Source: the human T2T-CHM13v2.0 reference genome, Homo sapiens
Assembly (NCBI RefSeq): GCF_009914755.1
Contig: NC_060931.1
Reading direction: 5' to 3' (one strand)
Length of the DNA: 64,000 nt
Of the stretch, positions 10,801 to 25,200 are shown piece by piece (positions within the stretch are counted from its first letter, which is position 1; each line of letters starts with the position of its first letter). The position numbers were made by a program, and so were the translations under genes. Under the pieces are notes generated by a model, which saw only the letters and a list, made by a program, of their open reading frames with translations, did not search any database and was not told the DNA's origin.

Positions 10801-13800
10801 TCATGCTAGACAGAAGAATTCTCAGTAACTTCTTTGTGCTGTGTGTATTCAACTCACAGAGTGGAACGTCCGTTTGCACAGAGCAGATTTGAAACACTCT
10901 TTTTGTGGAGTTTGCAAGTGGAGATTTCAAGCGATTTGATGCCAACAGTAGAAAAGGAAATATCTTCAAATAAAAACTAGACAGAATCATTCTCAGAAAC
11001 TACTTTGTGATGTGTGCCTTCAACTCACAGAGTTTAACCTTTCTTTTCTTAGAGCAGTTTAGAAACACTCTGCTTGTTATGTCTGCAAGTGGATATTTGG
11101 ACCTCTTTGAGGCCTTCGTTGCAAACGGGGTTTCTTCCTTTCATGCTAGACTAAGAAGAGTTCTCAGTAACTTTTTTGTGTTGTGTGTATTCAACTCACA
11201 GAGTTGAACCTTGCTTTAGAGAGAGCAGATTTGAAACACTCTTGCTGTGGCATTTTCAGGTGGAGATTTCAAGCGATTTGAGGACAATTGCAGAAAAGGA
11301 AATATCTTCGTATAATAACCAGACAGAATCATTCTCAGAAAGTGCTTTGTGATGTGTGCGTTCAACTCACAGAGTTTAACCTTTCTTTTCATAGAGGAGT
11401 TTGGAAACACACTGTTTGTAAAGTCTGCAAGTGGATATATGGACCTGTTTGAGGCCTTCGTTGGAAACGGGATTTCTTCATTGAATGCTAGACGGAAGAA
11501 TTCTCAGTAAATTCTTTGTGTTGTGTGCATTCAACTCACAGAGTGGAACGTCCCTTTAGACAGAGCAGATTTGAAACACTCTTTTTGCGGAATTTGCAAG
11601 TGGAGATTTCTAGCCATTTGATGCCAACAGTAGAAAGGGAAATATCTTCAAATAAAAACCAGACAGAATCATTCTCAGAAAATTCTTTGTGATGTGTGCG
11701 TTCAACTCACATAGTTTAACCTTTCTTTTCATAGAGCAGTTTGGAAACACTCTGTTTGTAAAGTCTGCAAGTGGATCTATGGACCTCATTGAGGCCTTCG
11801 TTGGAAACGGGATTTCTTCATTTCATGCTAGACAGAAGAATTCTCAGTAACTTCTTTGTGCTGTGTGTATTCAACTCACAGAGTGGAACGTCCCTTTGCA
11901 CAGAGCAGATTTGAAACACTCTTTTTGTGGAGTTTGCAAGTGGAGATTTCAAGCGATTTGATGCCAACAGTAGAAAAGGAAATATCTTCAAATAAAAACT
12001 AGACAGAATCATTCTCAGAAACTACTTTGTGATGTGTGCCTTCAACTCACAGAGTTTAACCTTTCTTTTCTTAGAGCAGTTTAGAAACACTCTGCTTGTT
12101 ATGTCTGCAAGTGGATATTTGGACCTCTTTGAGGCCTTCGTTGCAAACGGGGTTTCTTCCTTTCATGCTAGACTAAGAAGAGTTCTCAGTAACTTTTTTG
12201 TGTTGTGTGTATTCAACTCACAGAGTTGAACCTTGCTTTAGAGAGAGCAGATTTGAAACACTCTTGCTGTGGCATTTTCAGGTGGAGATTTCAAGCGATT
12301 TGAGGACAATTGCAGAAAAGGAAATATCTTCGTATAATAACCAGACAGAATCATTCTCAGAAAGTGCTTTGTGATGTGTGCGTTCAACTCACAGAGTTTA
12401 ACCTTTCTTTTCATAGAGGAGTTTGGAAACACACTGTTTGTAAAGTCTGCAAGTGGATACATGGACCTGTTTGAGGCCTTCGTTGGAAACGGGATTTCTT
12501 CATTGAATGCTAGACGGAAGAATTCTCAGTAAATTCTTTGTGTTGTGTGCATTCAACTCACAGAGTGGAACGTCCCTTTAGACAGAGCAGATTTGAAACA
12601 CTCTTTTTGCGGAATTTGCAAGTGGAGATTTCTAGCCATTTGATGCCAACAGTAGAAAGGGAAATATCTTCAAATAAAAACCAGACAGAATCATTCTCAG
12701 AAAATTCTTTGTGATGTGTGCGTTCAACTCACATAGTTTAACCTTTCTTTTCATAGAGCAGTTTGGAAACACTCTGTTTGTAAAGTCTGCAAGTGGATAT
12801 ATGGACCGCATTGAGGCCTTCGTTGGAAACGGGATTTCTTCATTTCATGCTAGACAGAAGAATTCTCAGTAACTTCTTTGTGCTGTGTGTATTCAACTCA
12901 CAGAGTGGAACGTCCCTTTGCACAGAGCAGATTTGAAACACTCTTTTTGTGGAGTTTGCAAGTGGAGATTTCAAGCGATTTGATGCCAACAGTAGAAAAG
13001 GAAATATCTTCAAATAAAAACTAGACAGAATCATTCTCAGAAACTACTTTGTGATGTGTGCCTTCAACTCACAGAGTTTAACCTTTCTTTTCTTAGAGCA
13101 GTTTAGAAACACTCTGCTTGTTATGTCTGCAAGTGGATATTTGGACCTCTTTGAGGCCTTCGTTGCAAACGGGGTTTCTTCCTTTCATGCTAGACTAAGA
13201 AGAGTTCTCAGTAACTTTTTTGTGTTGTGTGTATTCAACTCACAGAGTTGAACCTTGCTTTAGAGAGAGCAGATTTGAAACACTCTTGCTGTGGCATTTT
13301 CAGGTGGAGATTTCAAGCGATTTGAGGACAATTGCAGAAAAGGAAATATCTTCGTATAATAACCAGACAGAATCATTCTCAGAAAGTGCTTTGTGATGTG
13401 TGCGTTCAACTCACAGAGTTTAACCTTTCTTTTCATAGAGGAGTTTGGAAACACACTGTTTGTAAAGTCTGCAAGTGGATATATGGACCTGTTTGAGGCC
13501 TTCGTTGGAAACGGGATTTCTTCATTGAATGCTAGACGGAAGAATTCTCAGTAAATTCTTTGTGTTGTGTGCATTCAACTCACAGAGTGGAACGTCCCTT
13601 TAGACAGAGCAGATTTGAAACACTCTTTTTGCGGAATTTGCAAGTGGAGATTTCTAGCCATTTGATGCCAACAGTAGAAAGGGAAATATCTTCAAATAAA
13701 AACCAGACAGAATCATTCTCAGAAAATTCTTTGTGATGTGTGCGTTCAACTCACATAGTTTAACCTTTCTTTTCATAGAGCAGTTTGGAAACACTCTGTT

Positions 13801-15075
13801 TGTAAAGTCTGCAAGTGGATATATGGACCGCATTGAGGCCTTCGTTGGAAACGGGATTTCTTCATTTCATGCTAGACAGAAGAATTCTCAGTAACTTCTT
13901 TGTGCTGTGTGTATTCAACTCACAGAGTGGAACGTCCCTTTGCACAGAGCAGATTTGAAACACTCTTTTTGTGGAGTTTGCAAGTGGAGATTTCAAGCGA
14001 TTTGATGCCAACAGTAGAAAAGGAAATATCTTCAAATAAAAACTAGACAGAATCATTCTCAGAAACTACTTTGTGATGTGTGCCTTCAACTCACAGAGTT
14101 TAACCTTTCTTTTCTTAGAGCAGTTTAGAAACACTCTGCTTGTTACGTCTGCAAGTGGATATTTGGACCTCTTTGAGGCCTTCGTTGCAAACGGGGTTTC
14201 TTCCTTTCATGCTAGACTAAGAAGAGTTCTCAGTAACTTTTTTGTGTTGTGTGTATTAAACTCACAGATTTGAACCTTGCTTTAGAGAGAGCAGATTTGA
14301 AACACTCTTGCTGTGGCATTTTCAGGTGGAGATTTCAAGCGATTTGAGGACAATTGCAGAAAAGGAAATATCTTCGTATAATAACCAGACAGAATCATTC
14401 TCAGAAAGTGCTTTGTGATGTGTGCGTTCAACTCACAGAGTTTAACCTTTCTTTTCATAGAGGAGTTTGGAAACACACTGTTTGTAAAGTCTGCAATTGG
14501 ATATATGGACCTGTTTGAGGCCTTCGTTGGAAACGGGATTTCTTCATTGAATGCTAGACGGAAGAATTCTCAGTAAATTCTTTGTGTTGTGTGCATTCAA
14601 CTCACAGAGTGGAACGTCCCTTTAGACAGAGCAGATTTGAAACACTCTTTTTGCGGAATTTGCAAGTGGAGATTTCTAGCCATTTGATGCCAACAGTAGA
14701 AAGGGAAATATCTTCAAATAAAAACCAGACAGAATCATTCTCAGAAAATTCTTTGTGATGTGTGCGTTCAACTCACATAGTTTAACCTTTCTTTTCATAG
14801 AGCAGTTTGGAAACACTCTGTTTGTAAAGTCTGCAAGTGGATATATGGACCGCATTGAGGCCTTCGTTGGAAACGGGATTTCTTCATTTCATGCTAGACA
14901 GAAGAATTCTCAGTAACTTCTTTGTGCTGTGTGTATTCAACTCACAGAGTGGAACGTCCCTTTGCACAGAGCAGATTTGAAACACTCTTTTTGTGGAGTT
15001 TGCAAGTGGAGATTTCAAGCGATTTGATGCCAACAGTAGAAAAGGAAATATCTTCAAATAAAAACTAGACAGAAT

Positions 15076-18000
15076 CATTCTCAGAAACTACTTTGTGATG
15101 TGTGCCTTCAACTCACAGAGTTTAACCTTTCTTTTCTTAGAGCAGTTTAGAAACACTCTGCTTGTTACGTCTGCAAGTGGATATTTGGACCTCTTTGAGG
15201 CCTTCGTTGCAAACGGGGTTTCTTCCTTTCATGCTAGACTAAGAAGAGTTCTCAGTAACTTTTTTGTGTTGTGTGTATTCAACTCACAGAGTTGAACCTT
15301 GCTTTAGAGAGAGCAGATTTGAAACACTCTTGCTGTGGCATTTTCAGGTGGAGATTTCAAGCGATTTGAGGACAATTGCAGAAAAGGAAATATCTTCGTA
15401 TAATAACCAGACAGAATCATTCTCAGAAAGTGCTTTGTGATGTGTGCGTTCAACTCACAGAGTTTAACCTTTCTTTTCATAGAGGAGTTTGGAAACACAC
15501 TGTTTGTAAAGTCTGCAAGTGGATACATGGACCTGTTTGAGGCCTTCGTTGGAAACGGGATTTCTTCATTGAATGCTAGACGGAAGAATTCTCAGTAAAT
15601 TCTTTGTGTTGTGTGCATTCAACTCACAGAGTGGAACGTCCCTTTAGACAGAGCAGATTTGAAACACTCTTTTTGCGGAATTTGCAAGTGGAGATTTCTA
15701 GCCATTTGATGCCAACAGTAGAAAGGGAAATATCTTCAAATAAAAACCAGACAGAATCATTCTCAGAAAATTCTTTGTGATGTGTGCGTTCAACTCACAT
15801 AGTTTAACCTTTCTTTTCATAGAGCAGTTTGGAAACACTCTGTTTGTAAAGTCTGCAAGTGGATATATGGACCGCATTGAGGCCTTCGTTGGAAACGGGA
15901 TTTCTTCATTTCATGCTAGACAGAAGAATTCTCAGTAACTTCTTTGTGCTGTGTGTATTCAACTCACAGAGTGGAACGTCCCTTTGCACAGAGCAGATTT
16001 GAAACACTCTTTTTGTGGAGTTTGCAAGTGGAGATTTCAAGCGATTTGATGCCAACAGTAGAAAAGGAAATATCTTCAAATAAAAACTAGACAGAATCAT
16101 TCTCAGAAACTACTTTGTGATGTGTGCCTTCAACTCACAGAGTTTAACCTTTCTTTTCTTAGAGCAGTTTAGAAACACTCTGCTTGTTATGTCTGCAAGT
16201 GGATATTTGGACCTCTTTGAGGCCTTCGTTGCAAACGGGGTTTCTTCCTTTCATGCTAGACTAAGAAGTGTTCTCAGTAACTTTTTTGTGTTGTGTGTAT
16301 TCAACTCACAGAGTTGAACCTTGCTTTAGAGAGAGCAGATTTGAAACACTCTTGCTGTGGCATTTTCAGGTGGAGATTTCAAGCGATTTGAGGACAATTG
16401 CAGAAAAGGAAATATCTTCGTATAATAACCAGACAGAATCATTCTCAGAAAGTGCTTTGTGATGTGTGCGTTCAACTCACAGAGTTTAACCTTTCTTTTC
16501 ATAGAGGAGTTTGGAAACACACTGTTTGTAAAGTCTGCAAGTGGATACATGGACCTGTTTGAGGCCTTCGTTGGAAACGGGATTTCTTCATTGAATGCTA
16601 GACGGAAGAATTCTCAGTAAATTCTTTGTGTTGTGTGCATTCAACTCACAGAGTGGAACGTCCCTTTAGACAGAGCAGATTTGAAACACTCTTTTTGCGG
16701 AATTTGCAAGTGGAGATTTCTAGCCATTTGATGCCAACAGTAGAAAGGGAAATATCTTCAAATAAAAACCAGACAGAATCATTCTCAGAAAATTCTTTGT
16801 GATGTGTGCGTTCAACTCACATAGTTTAACCTTTCTTTTCATAGAGCAGTTTGGAAACACTCTGTTTGTAAAGTCTGCAAGTGGATATATGGACCGCATT
16901 GAGGCCTTCGTTGGAAACGGGATTTCTTCATTTCATGCTAGACAGAAGAATTCTCAGTAACTTCTTTGTGCTGTGTGTATTCAACTCACAGAGTGGAACG
17001 TCCCTTTGCACAGAGCAGATTTGAAACACTCTTTTTGTGGAGTTTGCAAGTGGAGATTTCAAGCGATTTGATGCCAACAGTAGAAAAGGAAATATCTTCA
17101 AATAAAAACTAGACAGAATCATTCTCAGAAACTACTTTGTGATGTGTGCCTTCAACTCACAGAGTTTAACCTTTCTTTTCTTAGAGCAGTTTAGAAACAC
17201 TCTGCTTGTTATGTCTGCAAGTGGATATTTGGACCTCTTTGAGGCCTTCGTTGCAAACGGGGTTTCTTCCTTTCATGCTAGACTAAGAAGTGTTCTCAGT
17301 AACTTTTTTGTGTTGTGTGTATTCAACTCACAGAGTTGAACCTTGCTTTAGAGAGAGCAGATTTGAAACACTCTTGCTGTGGCATTTTCAGGTGGAGATT
17401 TCAAGCGATTTGAGGACAATTGCAGAAAAGGAAATATCTTCGTATAATAACCAGACAGAATCATTCTCAGAAAGTGCTTTGTGATGTGTGCGTTCAACTC
17501 ACAGAGTTTAACCTTTCTTTTCATAGAGGAGTTTGGAAACACACTGTTTGTAAAGTCTGCAAGTGGATACATGGACCTGTTTGAGGCCTTCGTTGGAAAC
17601 GGGATTTCTTCATTGAATGCTAGACGGAAGAATTCTCAGTAAATTCTTTGTGTTGTGTGCATTCAACTCACAGAGTGGAACGTCCCTTTAGACAGAGCAG
17701 ATTTGAAACACTCTTTTTGCGGAATTTGCAAGTGGAGATTTCTAGCCATTTGATGCCAACAGTAGAAAGGGAAATATCTTCAAATAAAAACCAGACAGAA
17801 TCATTCTCAGAAAATTCTTTGTGATGTGTGCGTTCAACTCACATAGTTTAACCTTTCTTTTCATAGAGCAGTTTGGAAACACTCTGTTTGTAAAGTCTGC
17901 AAGTGGATATATGGACCGCATTGAGGCCTTCGTTGGAAACGGGATTTCTTCATTTCATGCTAGACAGAAGAATTCTCAGTAACTTCTTTGTGCTGTGTGT

Positions 18001-21000
18001 ATTCAACTCACAGAGTGGAACGTCCCTTTGCACAGAGCAGATTTGAAACACTCTTTTTGTGGAGTTTGCAAGTGGAGATTTCAAGCGATTTGATGCCAAC
18101 AGTAGAAAAGGAAATATCTTCAAATAAAAACTAGACAGAATCATTCTCAGAAACTACTTTGTGATGTGTGCCTTCAACTCACAGAGTTTAACCTTTCTTT
18201 TCTTAGAGCAGTTTAGAAACACTCTGCTTGTTACGTCTGCAAGTGGATATTTGGACCTCTTTGAGGCCTTCGTTGCAAACGGGGTTTCTTCCTTTCATGC
18301 TAGACTAAGAAGAGTTCTCAGTAACTTTTTTGTGTTGTGTGTATTCAACTCACAGAGTTGAACCTTGCTTTAGAGAGAGCAGATTTGAAACACTCTTGCT
18401 GTGGCATTTTCAGGTGGAGATTTCAAGCGATTTGAGGACAATTGCAGAAAAGGAAATATCTTCGTATAATAACCAGACAGAATCATTCTCAGAAAGTGCT
18501 TTGTGATGTGTGCGTTCAACTCACAGAGTTTAACCTTTCTTTTCATAGAGGAGTTTGGAAACACACTGTTTGTAAAGTCTGCAAGTGGATACATGGACCT
18601 GTTTGAGGCCTTCGTTGGAAACGGGATTTCTTCATTGAATGCTAGACGGAAGAATTCTCAGTAAATTCTTTGTGTTGTGTGCATTCAACTCACAGAGTGG
18701 AACGTCCCTTTAGACAGAGCAGATTTGAAACACTCTTTTTGCGGAATTTGCAAGTGGAGATTTCTAGCCATTTGATGCCAACAGTAGAAAGGGAAATATC
18801 TTCAAATAAAAACCAGACAGAATCATTCTCAGAAAATTCTTTGTGATGTGTGCGTTCAACTCACATAGTTTAACCTTTCTTTTCATAGAGCAGTTTGGAA
18901 ACACTCTGTTTGTAAAGTCTGCAAGTGGATATATGGACCGCATTGAGGCCTTCGTTGGAAACGGGATTTCTTCATTTCATGCTAGACAGAAGAATTCTCA
19001 GTAACTTCTTTGTGCTGTGTGTATTCAACTCACAGAGTGGAACGTCCCTTTGCACAGAGCAGATTTGAAACACTCTTTTTGTGGAGTTTGCAAGTGGAGA
19101 TTTCAAGCGATTTGATGCCAACAGTAGAAAAGGAAATATCTTCAAATAAAAACTAGACAGAATCATTCTCAGAAACTACTTTGTGATGTGTGCCTTCAAC
19201 TCACAGAGTTTAACCTTTCTTTTCTTAGAGCAGTTTAGAAACACTCTGCTTGTTATGTCTGCAAGTGGATATTTGGACCTCTTTGAGGCCTTCGTTGCAA
19301 ACGGGGTTTCTTCCTTTCATGCTAGACTAAGAAGTGTTCTCAGTAACTTTTTTGTGTTGTGTGTATTCAACTCACAGAGTTGAACCTTGCTTTAGAGAGA
19401 GCAGATTTGAAACACTCTTGCTGTGGCATTTTCAGGTGGAGATTTCAAGCGATTTGAGGACAATTGCAGAAAAGGAAATATCTTCGTATAATAACCAGAC
19501 AGAATCATTCTCAGAAAGTGCTTTGTGATGTGTGCGTTCAACTCACAGAGTTTAACCTTTCTTTTCATAGAGGAGTTTGGAAACACACTGTTTGTAAAGT
19601 CTGCAAGTGGATACATGGACCTGTTTGAGGCCTTCGTTGGAAACGGGATTTCTTCATTGAATGCTAGACGGAAGAATTCTCAGTAAATTCTTTGTGTTGT
19701 GTGCATTCAACTCACAGAGTGGAACGTCCCTTTAGACAGCAGATTTGAAACACTCTTTTTGCGGAATTTGCAAGTGGAGATTTCTAGCCATTTGATGCCA
19801 ACAGTAGAAAGGGAAATATCTTCAAATAAAAACCAGACAGAATCATTCTCAGAAAATTCTTTGTGATGTGTGCGTTCAACTCACATAGTTTAACCTTTCT
19901 TTTCATAGAGCAGTTTGGAAACACTCTGTTTGTAAAGTCTGCAAGTGGATATATGGACCGCATTGAGGCCTTCGTTGGAAACGGGATTTCTTCATTTCAT
20001 GCTAGACAGAAGAATTCTCAGTAACTTCTTTGTGCTGTGTGTATTCAACTCACAGAGTGGAACGTCCCTTTGCACAGAGCAGATTTGAAACACTCTTTTT
20101 GTGGAGTTTGCAAGTGGAGATTTCAAGCGATTTGATGCCAACAGTAGAAAAGGAAATATCTTCAAATAAAAACTAGACAGAATCATTCTCAGAAACTACT
20201 TTGTGATGTGTGCCTTCAACTCACAGAGTTTAACCTTTCTTTTCTTAGAGCAGTTTAGAAACACTCTGCTTGTTATGTCTGCAAGTGGATATTTGGACCT
20301 CTTTGAGGCCTTCGTTGCAAACGGGGTTTCTTCCTTTCATGCTAGACTAAGAAGTGTTCTCAGTAACTTTTTTGTGTTGTGTGTATTCAACTCACAGAGT
20401 TGAACCTTGCTTTAGAGAGAGCAGATTTGAAACACTCTTGCTGTGGCATTTTCAGGTGGAGATTTCAAGCGATTTGAGGACAATTGCAGAAAAGGAAATA
20501 TCTTCGTATAATAACCAGACAGAATCATTCTCAGAAAGTGCTTTGTGATGTGTGCGTTCAACTCACAGAGTTTAACCTTTCTTTTCATAGAGGAGTTTGG
20601 AAACACACTGTTTGTAAAGTCTGCAAGTGGATACATGGACCTGTTTGAGGCCTTCGTTGGAAACGGGATTTCTTCATTGAATGCTAGACGGAAGAATTCT
20701 CAGTAAATTCTTTGTGTTGTGTGCATTCAACTCACAGAGTGGAACGTCCCTTTAGACAGAGCAGATTTGAAACACTCTTTTTGCGGAATTTGCAAGTGGA
20801 GATTTCTAGCCATTTGATGCCAACAGTAGAAAGGGAAATATCTTCAAATAAAAACCAGACAGAATCATTCTCAGAAAATTCTTTGTGATGTGTGCGTTCA
20901 ACTCACATAGTTTAACCTTTCTTTTCATAGAGCAGTTTGGAAACACTCTGTTTGTAAAGTCTGCAAGTGGATATATGGACCGCATTGAGGCCTTCGTTGG

Positions 21001-22227
21001 AAACGGGATTTCTTCATTTCATGCTAGACAGAAGAATTCTCAGTAACTTCTTTGTGCTGTGTGTATTCAACTCACAGAGTGGAACGTCCCTTTGCACAGA
21101 GCAGATTTGAAACACTCTTTTTGTGGAGTTTGCAAGTGGAGATTTCAAGCGATTTGATGCCAACAGTAGAAAAGGAAATATCTTCAAATAAAAACTAGAC
21201 AGAATCATTCTCAGAAACTACTTTGTGATGTGTGCCTTCAACTCACAGAGTTTAACCTTTCTTTTCTTAGAGCAGTTTAGAAACACTCTGCTGGTTACGT
21301 CTGCAAGTGGATATTTGGACCTCTTTGAGGCCTTCGTTGCAAACGGGGTTTCTTCCTTTCATGCTAGACTAAGAAGAGTTCTCAGTAACTTTTTTGTGTT
21401 GTGTGTATTCAACTCACAGAGTTGAACCTTGCTTTAGAGAGAGCAGATTTGAAACACTCTTGCTGTGGCATTTTCAGGTGGAGATTTCAAGCGATTTGAG
21501 GACAATTGCAGAAAAGGAAATATCTTCGTATAATAACCAGACAGAATCATTCTCAGAAAGTGCTTTGTGATGTGTGCGTTCAACTCACAGAGTTTAACCT
21601 TTCTTTTCATAGAGGAGTTTGGAAACACACTGTTTGTAAAGTCTGCAAGTGGATACATGGACCTGTTTGAGGCCTTCGTTGGAAACGGGATTTCTTCATT
21701 GAATGCTAGACGGAAGAATTCTCAGTAAATTCTTTGTGTTGTGTGCATTCAACTCACAGAGTGGAACGTCCCTTTAGACAGAGCAGATTTGAAACACTCT
21801 TTTTGCGGAATTTGCAAGTGGAGATTTCTAGCCATTTGATGCCAACAGTAGAAAGGGAAATATCTTCAAATAAAAACCAGACAGAATCATTCTCAGAAAA
21901 TTCTTTGTGACGTGTGCGTTCAACTCACATAGTTTAACCTTTCTTTTCATAGAGCAGTTTGGAAACACTCTGTTTGTAAAGTCTGCAAGTGGATATATGG
22001 ACCGCATTGAGGCCTTCGTTGGAAACGGGATTTCTTCATTTCATGCTAGACAGAAGAATTCTCAGTAACTTCTTTGTGCTGTGTGTATTCAACTCACAGA
22101 GTGGAACGTCCCTTTGCACAGAGCAGATTTGAAACACTCTTTTTGTGGAGTTTGCAAGTGGAGATTTCAAGCGATTTGATGCCAACAGTAGAAAAGGAAA
22201 TATCTTCAAATAAAAACTAGACAGAAT
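15076..22227 (+). repeat. 3-HOR super-repeat (18 monomers, 3066 bp), about 2.3 copies, U16-U22
   Basis: TTACGT variant at 15168, 18234 and 21298. AAGTGTT variant in the two intervening units each time (16269, 17291; 19335, 20355). All seven units carry GGATACAT. Confidence 0.8.
19164..20183 (+). repeat. 1020-bp HOR copy (U20) with a 2-bp AG deletion near 19737-19740
   Basis: TTTAGACAGCAGATTTG replaces TTTAGACAGAGCAGATTTG, and the ORF period is 19183 to 20203 = 1020. Confidence 0.95.
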
Positions 22228-25200
22228 CATTCTCAGAAACTACTTTGTGATGTGTGCCTTCAACTCACAGAGTTTAACCTTTCTTTTCTTAGAGCAGTTT
22301 AGAAACACTCTGCTTGTTATGTCTGCAAGTGGATATTTGGACCTCTTTGAGGCCTTCGTTGCAAACGGGGTTTCTTCCTTTCATGCTAGACTAAGAAGAG
22401 TTCTCAGTAACTTTTTTGTGTTGTGTGTATTCAACTCACAGAGTTGAACCTTGCTTTAGAGAGAGCAGATTTGAAACACTCTTGCTGTGGCATTTTCAGG
22501 TGGAGATTTCAAGCGATTTGAGGACAATTGCAGAAAAGGAAATATCTTCGTATAATAACCAGACAGAATCATTCTCAGAAAGTGCTTTGTGATGTGTGCG
22601 TTCAACTCACAGAGTTTAACCTTTCTTTTCATAGAGGAGTTTGGAAACACACTGTTTGTAAAGTCTGCAAGTGGATATATGGACCTGTTTGAGGCCTTCG
22701 TTGGAAACGGGATTTCTTCATTGAATGCTAGACGGAAGAATTCTCAGTAAATTCTTTGTGTTGTGTGCATTCAACTCACAGAGTGGAACGTCCCTTTAGA
22801 CAGAGCAGATTTGAAACACTCTTTTTGCGGAATTTGCAAGTGGAGATTTCTAGCCATTTGATGCCAACAGTAGAAAGGGAAATATCTTCAAATAAAAACC
22901 AGACAGAATCATTCTCAGAAAATTCTTTGTGATGTGTGCGTTCAACTCACATAGTTTAACCTTTCTTTTCATAGAGCAGTTTGGAAACACTCTGTTTGTA
23001 AAGTCTGCAAGTGGATATATGGACCGCATTGAGGCCTTCGTTGGAAACGGGATTTCTTCATTTCATGCTAGACAGAAGAATTCTCAGTAACTTCTTTGTG
23101 CTGTGTGTATTCAACTCACAGAGTGGAACGTCCCTTTGCACAGAGCAGATTTGAAACACTCTTTTTGTGGAGTTTGCAAGTGGAGATTTCAAGCGATTTG
23201 ATGCCAACAGTAGAAAAGGAAATATCTTCAAATAAAAACTAGACAGAATCATTCTCAGAAACTACTTTGTGATGTGTGCCTTCAACTCACAGAGTTTAAC
23301 CTTTCTTTTCTTAGAGCAGTTTAGAAACACTCTGCTTGTTATGTCTGCAAGTGGATATTTGGACCTCTTTGAGGCCTTCGTTGCAAACGGGGTTTCTTCC
23401 TTTCATGCTAGACTAAGAAGAGTTCTCAGTAACTTTTTTGTGTTGTGTGTATTCAACTCACAGAGTTGAACCTTGCTTTAGAGAGAGCAGATTTGAAACA
23501 CTCTTGCTGTGGCATTTTCAGGTGGAGATTTCAAGCGATTTGAGGACAATTGCAGAAAAGGAAATATCTTCGTATAATAACCAGACAGAATCATTCTCAG
23601 AAAGTGCTTTGTGATGTGTGCGTTCAACTCACAGAGTTTAACCTTTCTTTTCATAGAGGAGTTTGGAAACACACTGTTTGTAAAGTCTGCAAGTGGATAC
23701 ATGGACCTGTTTGAGGCCTTCGTTGGAAACGGGATTTCTTCATTGAATGCTAGACGGAAGAATTCTCAGTAAATTCTTTGTGTTGTGTGCATTCAACTCA
23801 CAGAGTGGAACGTCCCTTTAGACAGAGCAGATTTGAAACACTCTTTTTGCGGAATTTGCAAGTGGAGATTTCTAGCCATTTGATGCCAACAGTAGAAAGG
23901 GAAATATCTTCAAATAAAAACCAGACAGAATCATTCTCAGAAAATTCTTTGTGATGTGTGCGTTCAACTCACATAGTTTAACCTTTCTTTTCATAGAGCA
24001 GTTTGGAAACACTCTGTTTGTAAAGTCTGCAAGTGGATATATGGACCGCATTGAGGCCTTCGTTGGAAACGGGATTTCTTCATTTCATGCTAGACAGAAG
24101 AATTCTCAGTAACTTCTTTGTGCTGTGTGTATTCAACTCACAGAGTGGAACGTCCCTTTGCACAGAGCAGATTTGAAACACTCTTTTTGTGGAGTTTGCA
24201 AGTGGAGATTTCAAGCGATTTGATGCCAACAGTAGAAAAGGAAATATCTTCAAATAAAAACTAGACAGAATCATTCTCAGAAACTACTTTGTGATGTGTG
24301 CCTTCAACTCACAGAGTTTAACCTTTCTTTTCTTAGAGCAGTTTAGAAACACTCTGCTTGTTATGTCTGCAAGTGGATATTTGGACCTCTTTGAGGCCTT
24401 CGTTGCAAACGGGGTTTCTTCCTTTCATGCTAGACTAAGAAGAGTTCTCAGTAACTTTTTTGTGTTGTGTGTATTCAACTCACAGAGTTGAACCTTGCTT
24501 TAGAGAGAGCAGATTTGAAACACTCTTGCTGTGGCATTTTCAGGTGGAGATTTCAAGCGATTTGAGGACAATTGCAGAAAAGGAAATATCTTCGTATAAT
24601 AACCAGACAGAATCATTCTCAGAAAGTGCTTTGTGATGTGTGCGTTCAACTCACAGAGTTTAACCTTTCTTTTCATAGAGGAGTTTGGAAACACACTGTT
24701 TGTAAAGTCTGCAAGTGGATATATGGACCTGTTTGAGGCCTTCGTTGGAAACGGGATTTCTTCATTGAATGCTAGACGGAAGAATTCTCAGTAAATTCTT
24801 TGTGTTGTGTGCATTCAACTCACAGAGTGGAACGTCCCTTTAGACAGAGCAGATTTGAAACACTCTTTTTGCGGAATTTGCAAGTGGAGATTTCTAGCCA
24901 TTTGATGCCAACAGTAGAAAGGGAAATATCTTCAAATAAAAACCAGACAGAATCATTCTCAGAAAATTCTTTGTGATGTGTGCGTTCAACTCACATAGTT
25001 TAACCTTTCTTTTCATAGAGCAGTTTGGAAACACTCTGTTTGTAAAGTCTGCAAGTGGATATATGGACCGCATTGAGGCCTTCGTTGGAAACGGGATTTC
25101 TTCATTTCATGCTAGACAGAAGAATTCTCAGTAACTTCTTTGTGCTGTGTGTAGTCAACTCACAGAGTGGAACGTCCCTTTGCACAGAGCAGATTTGAAA

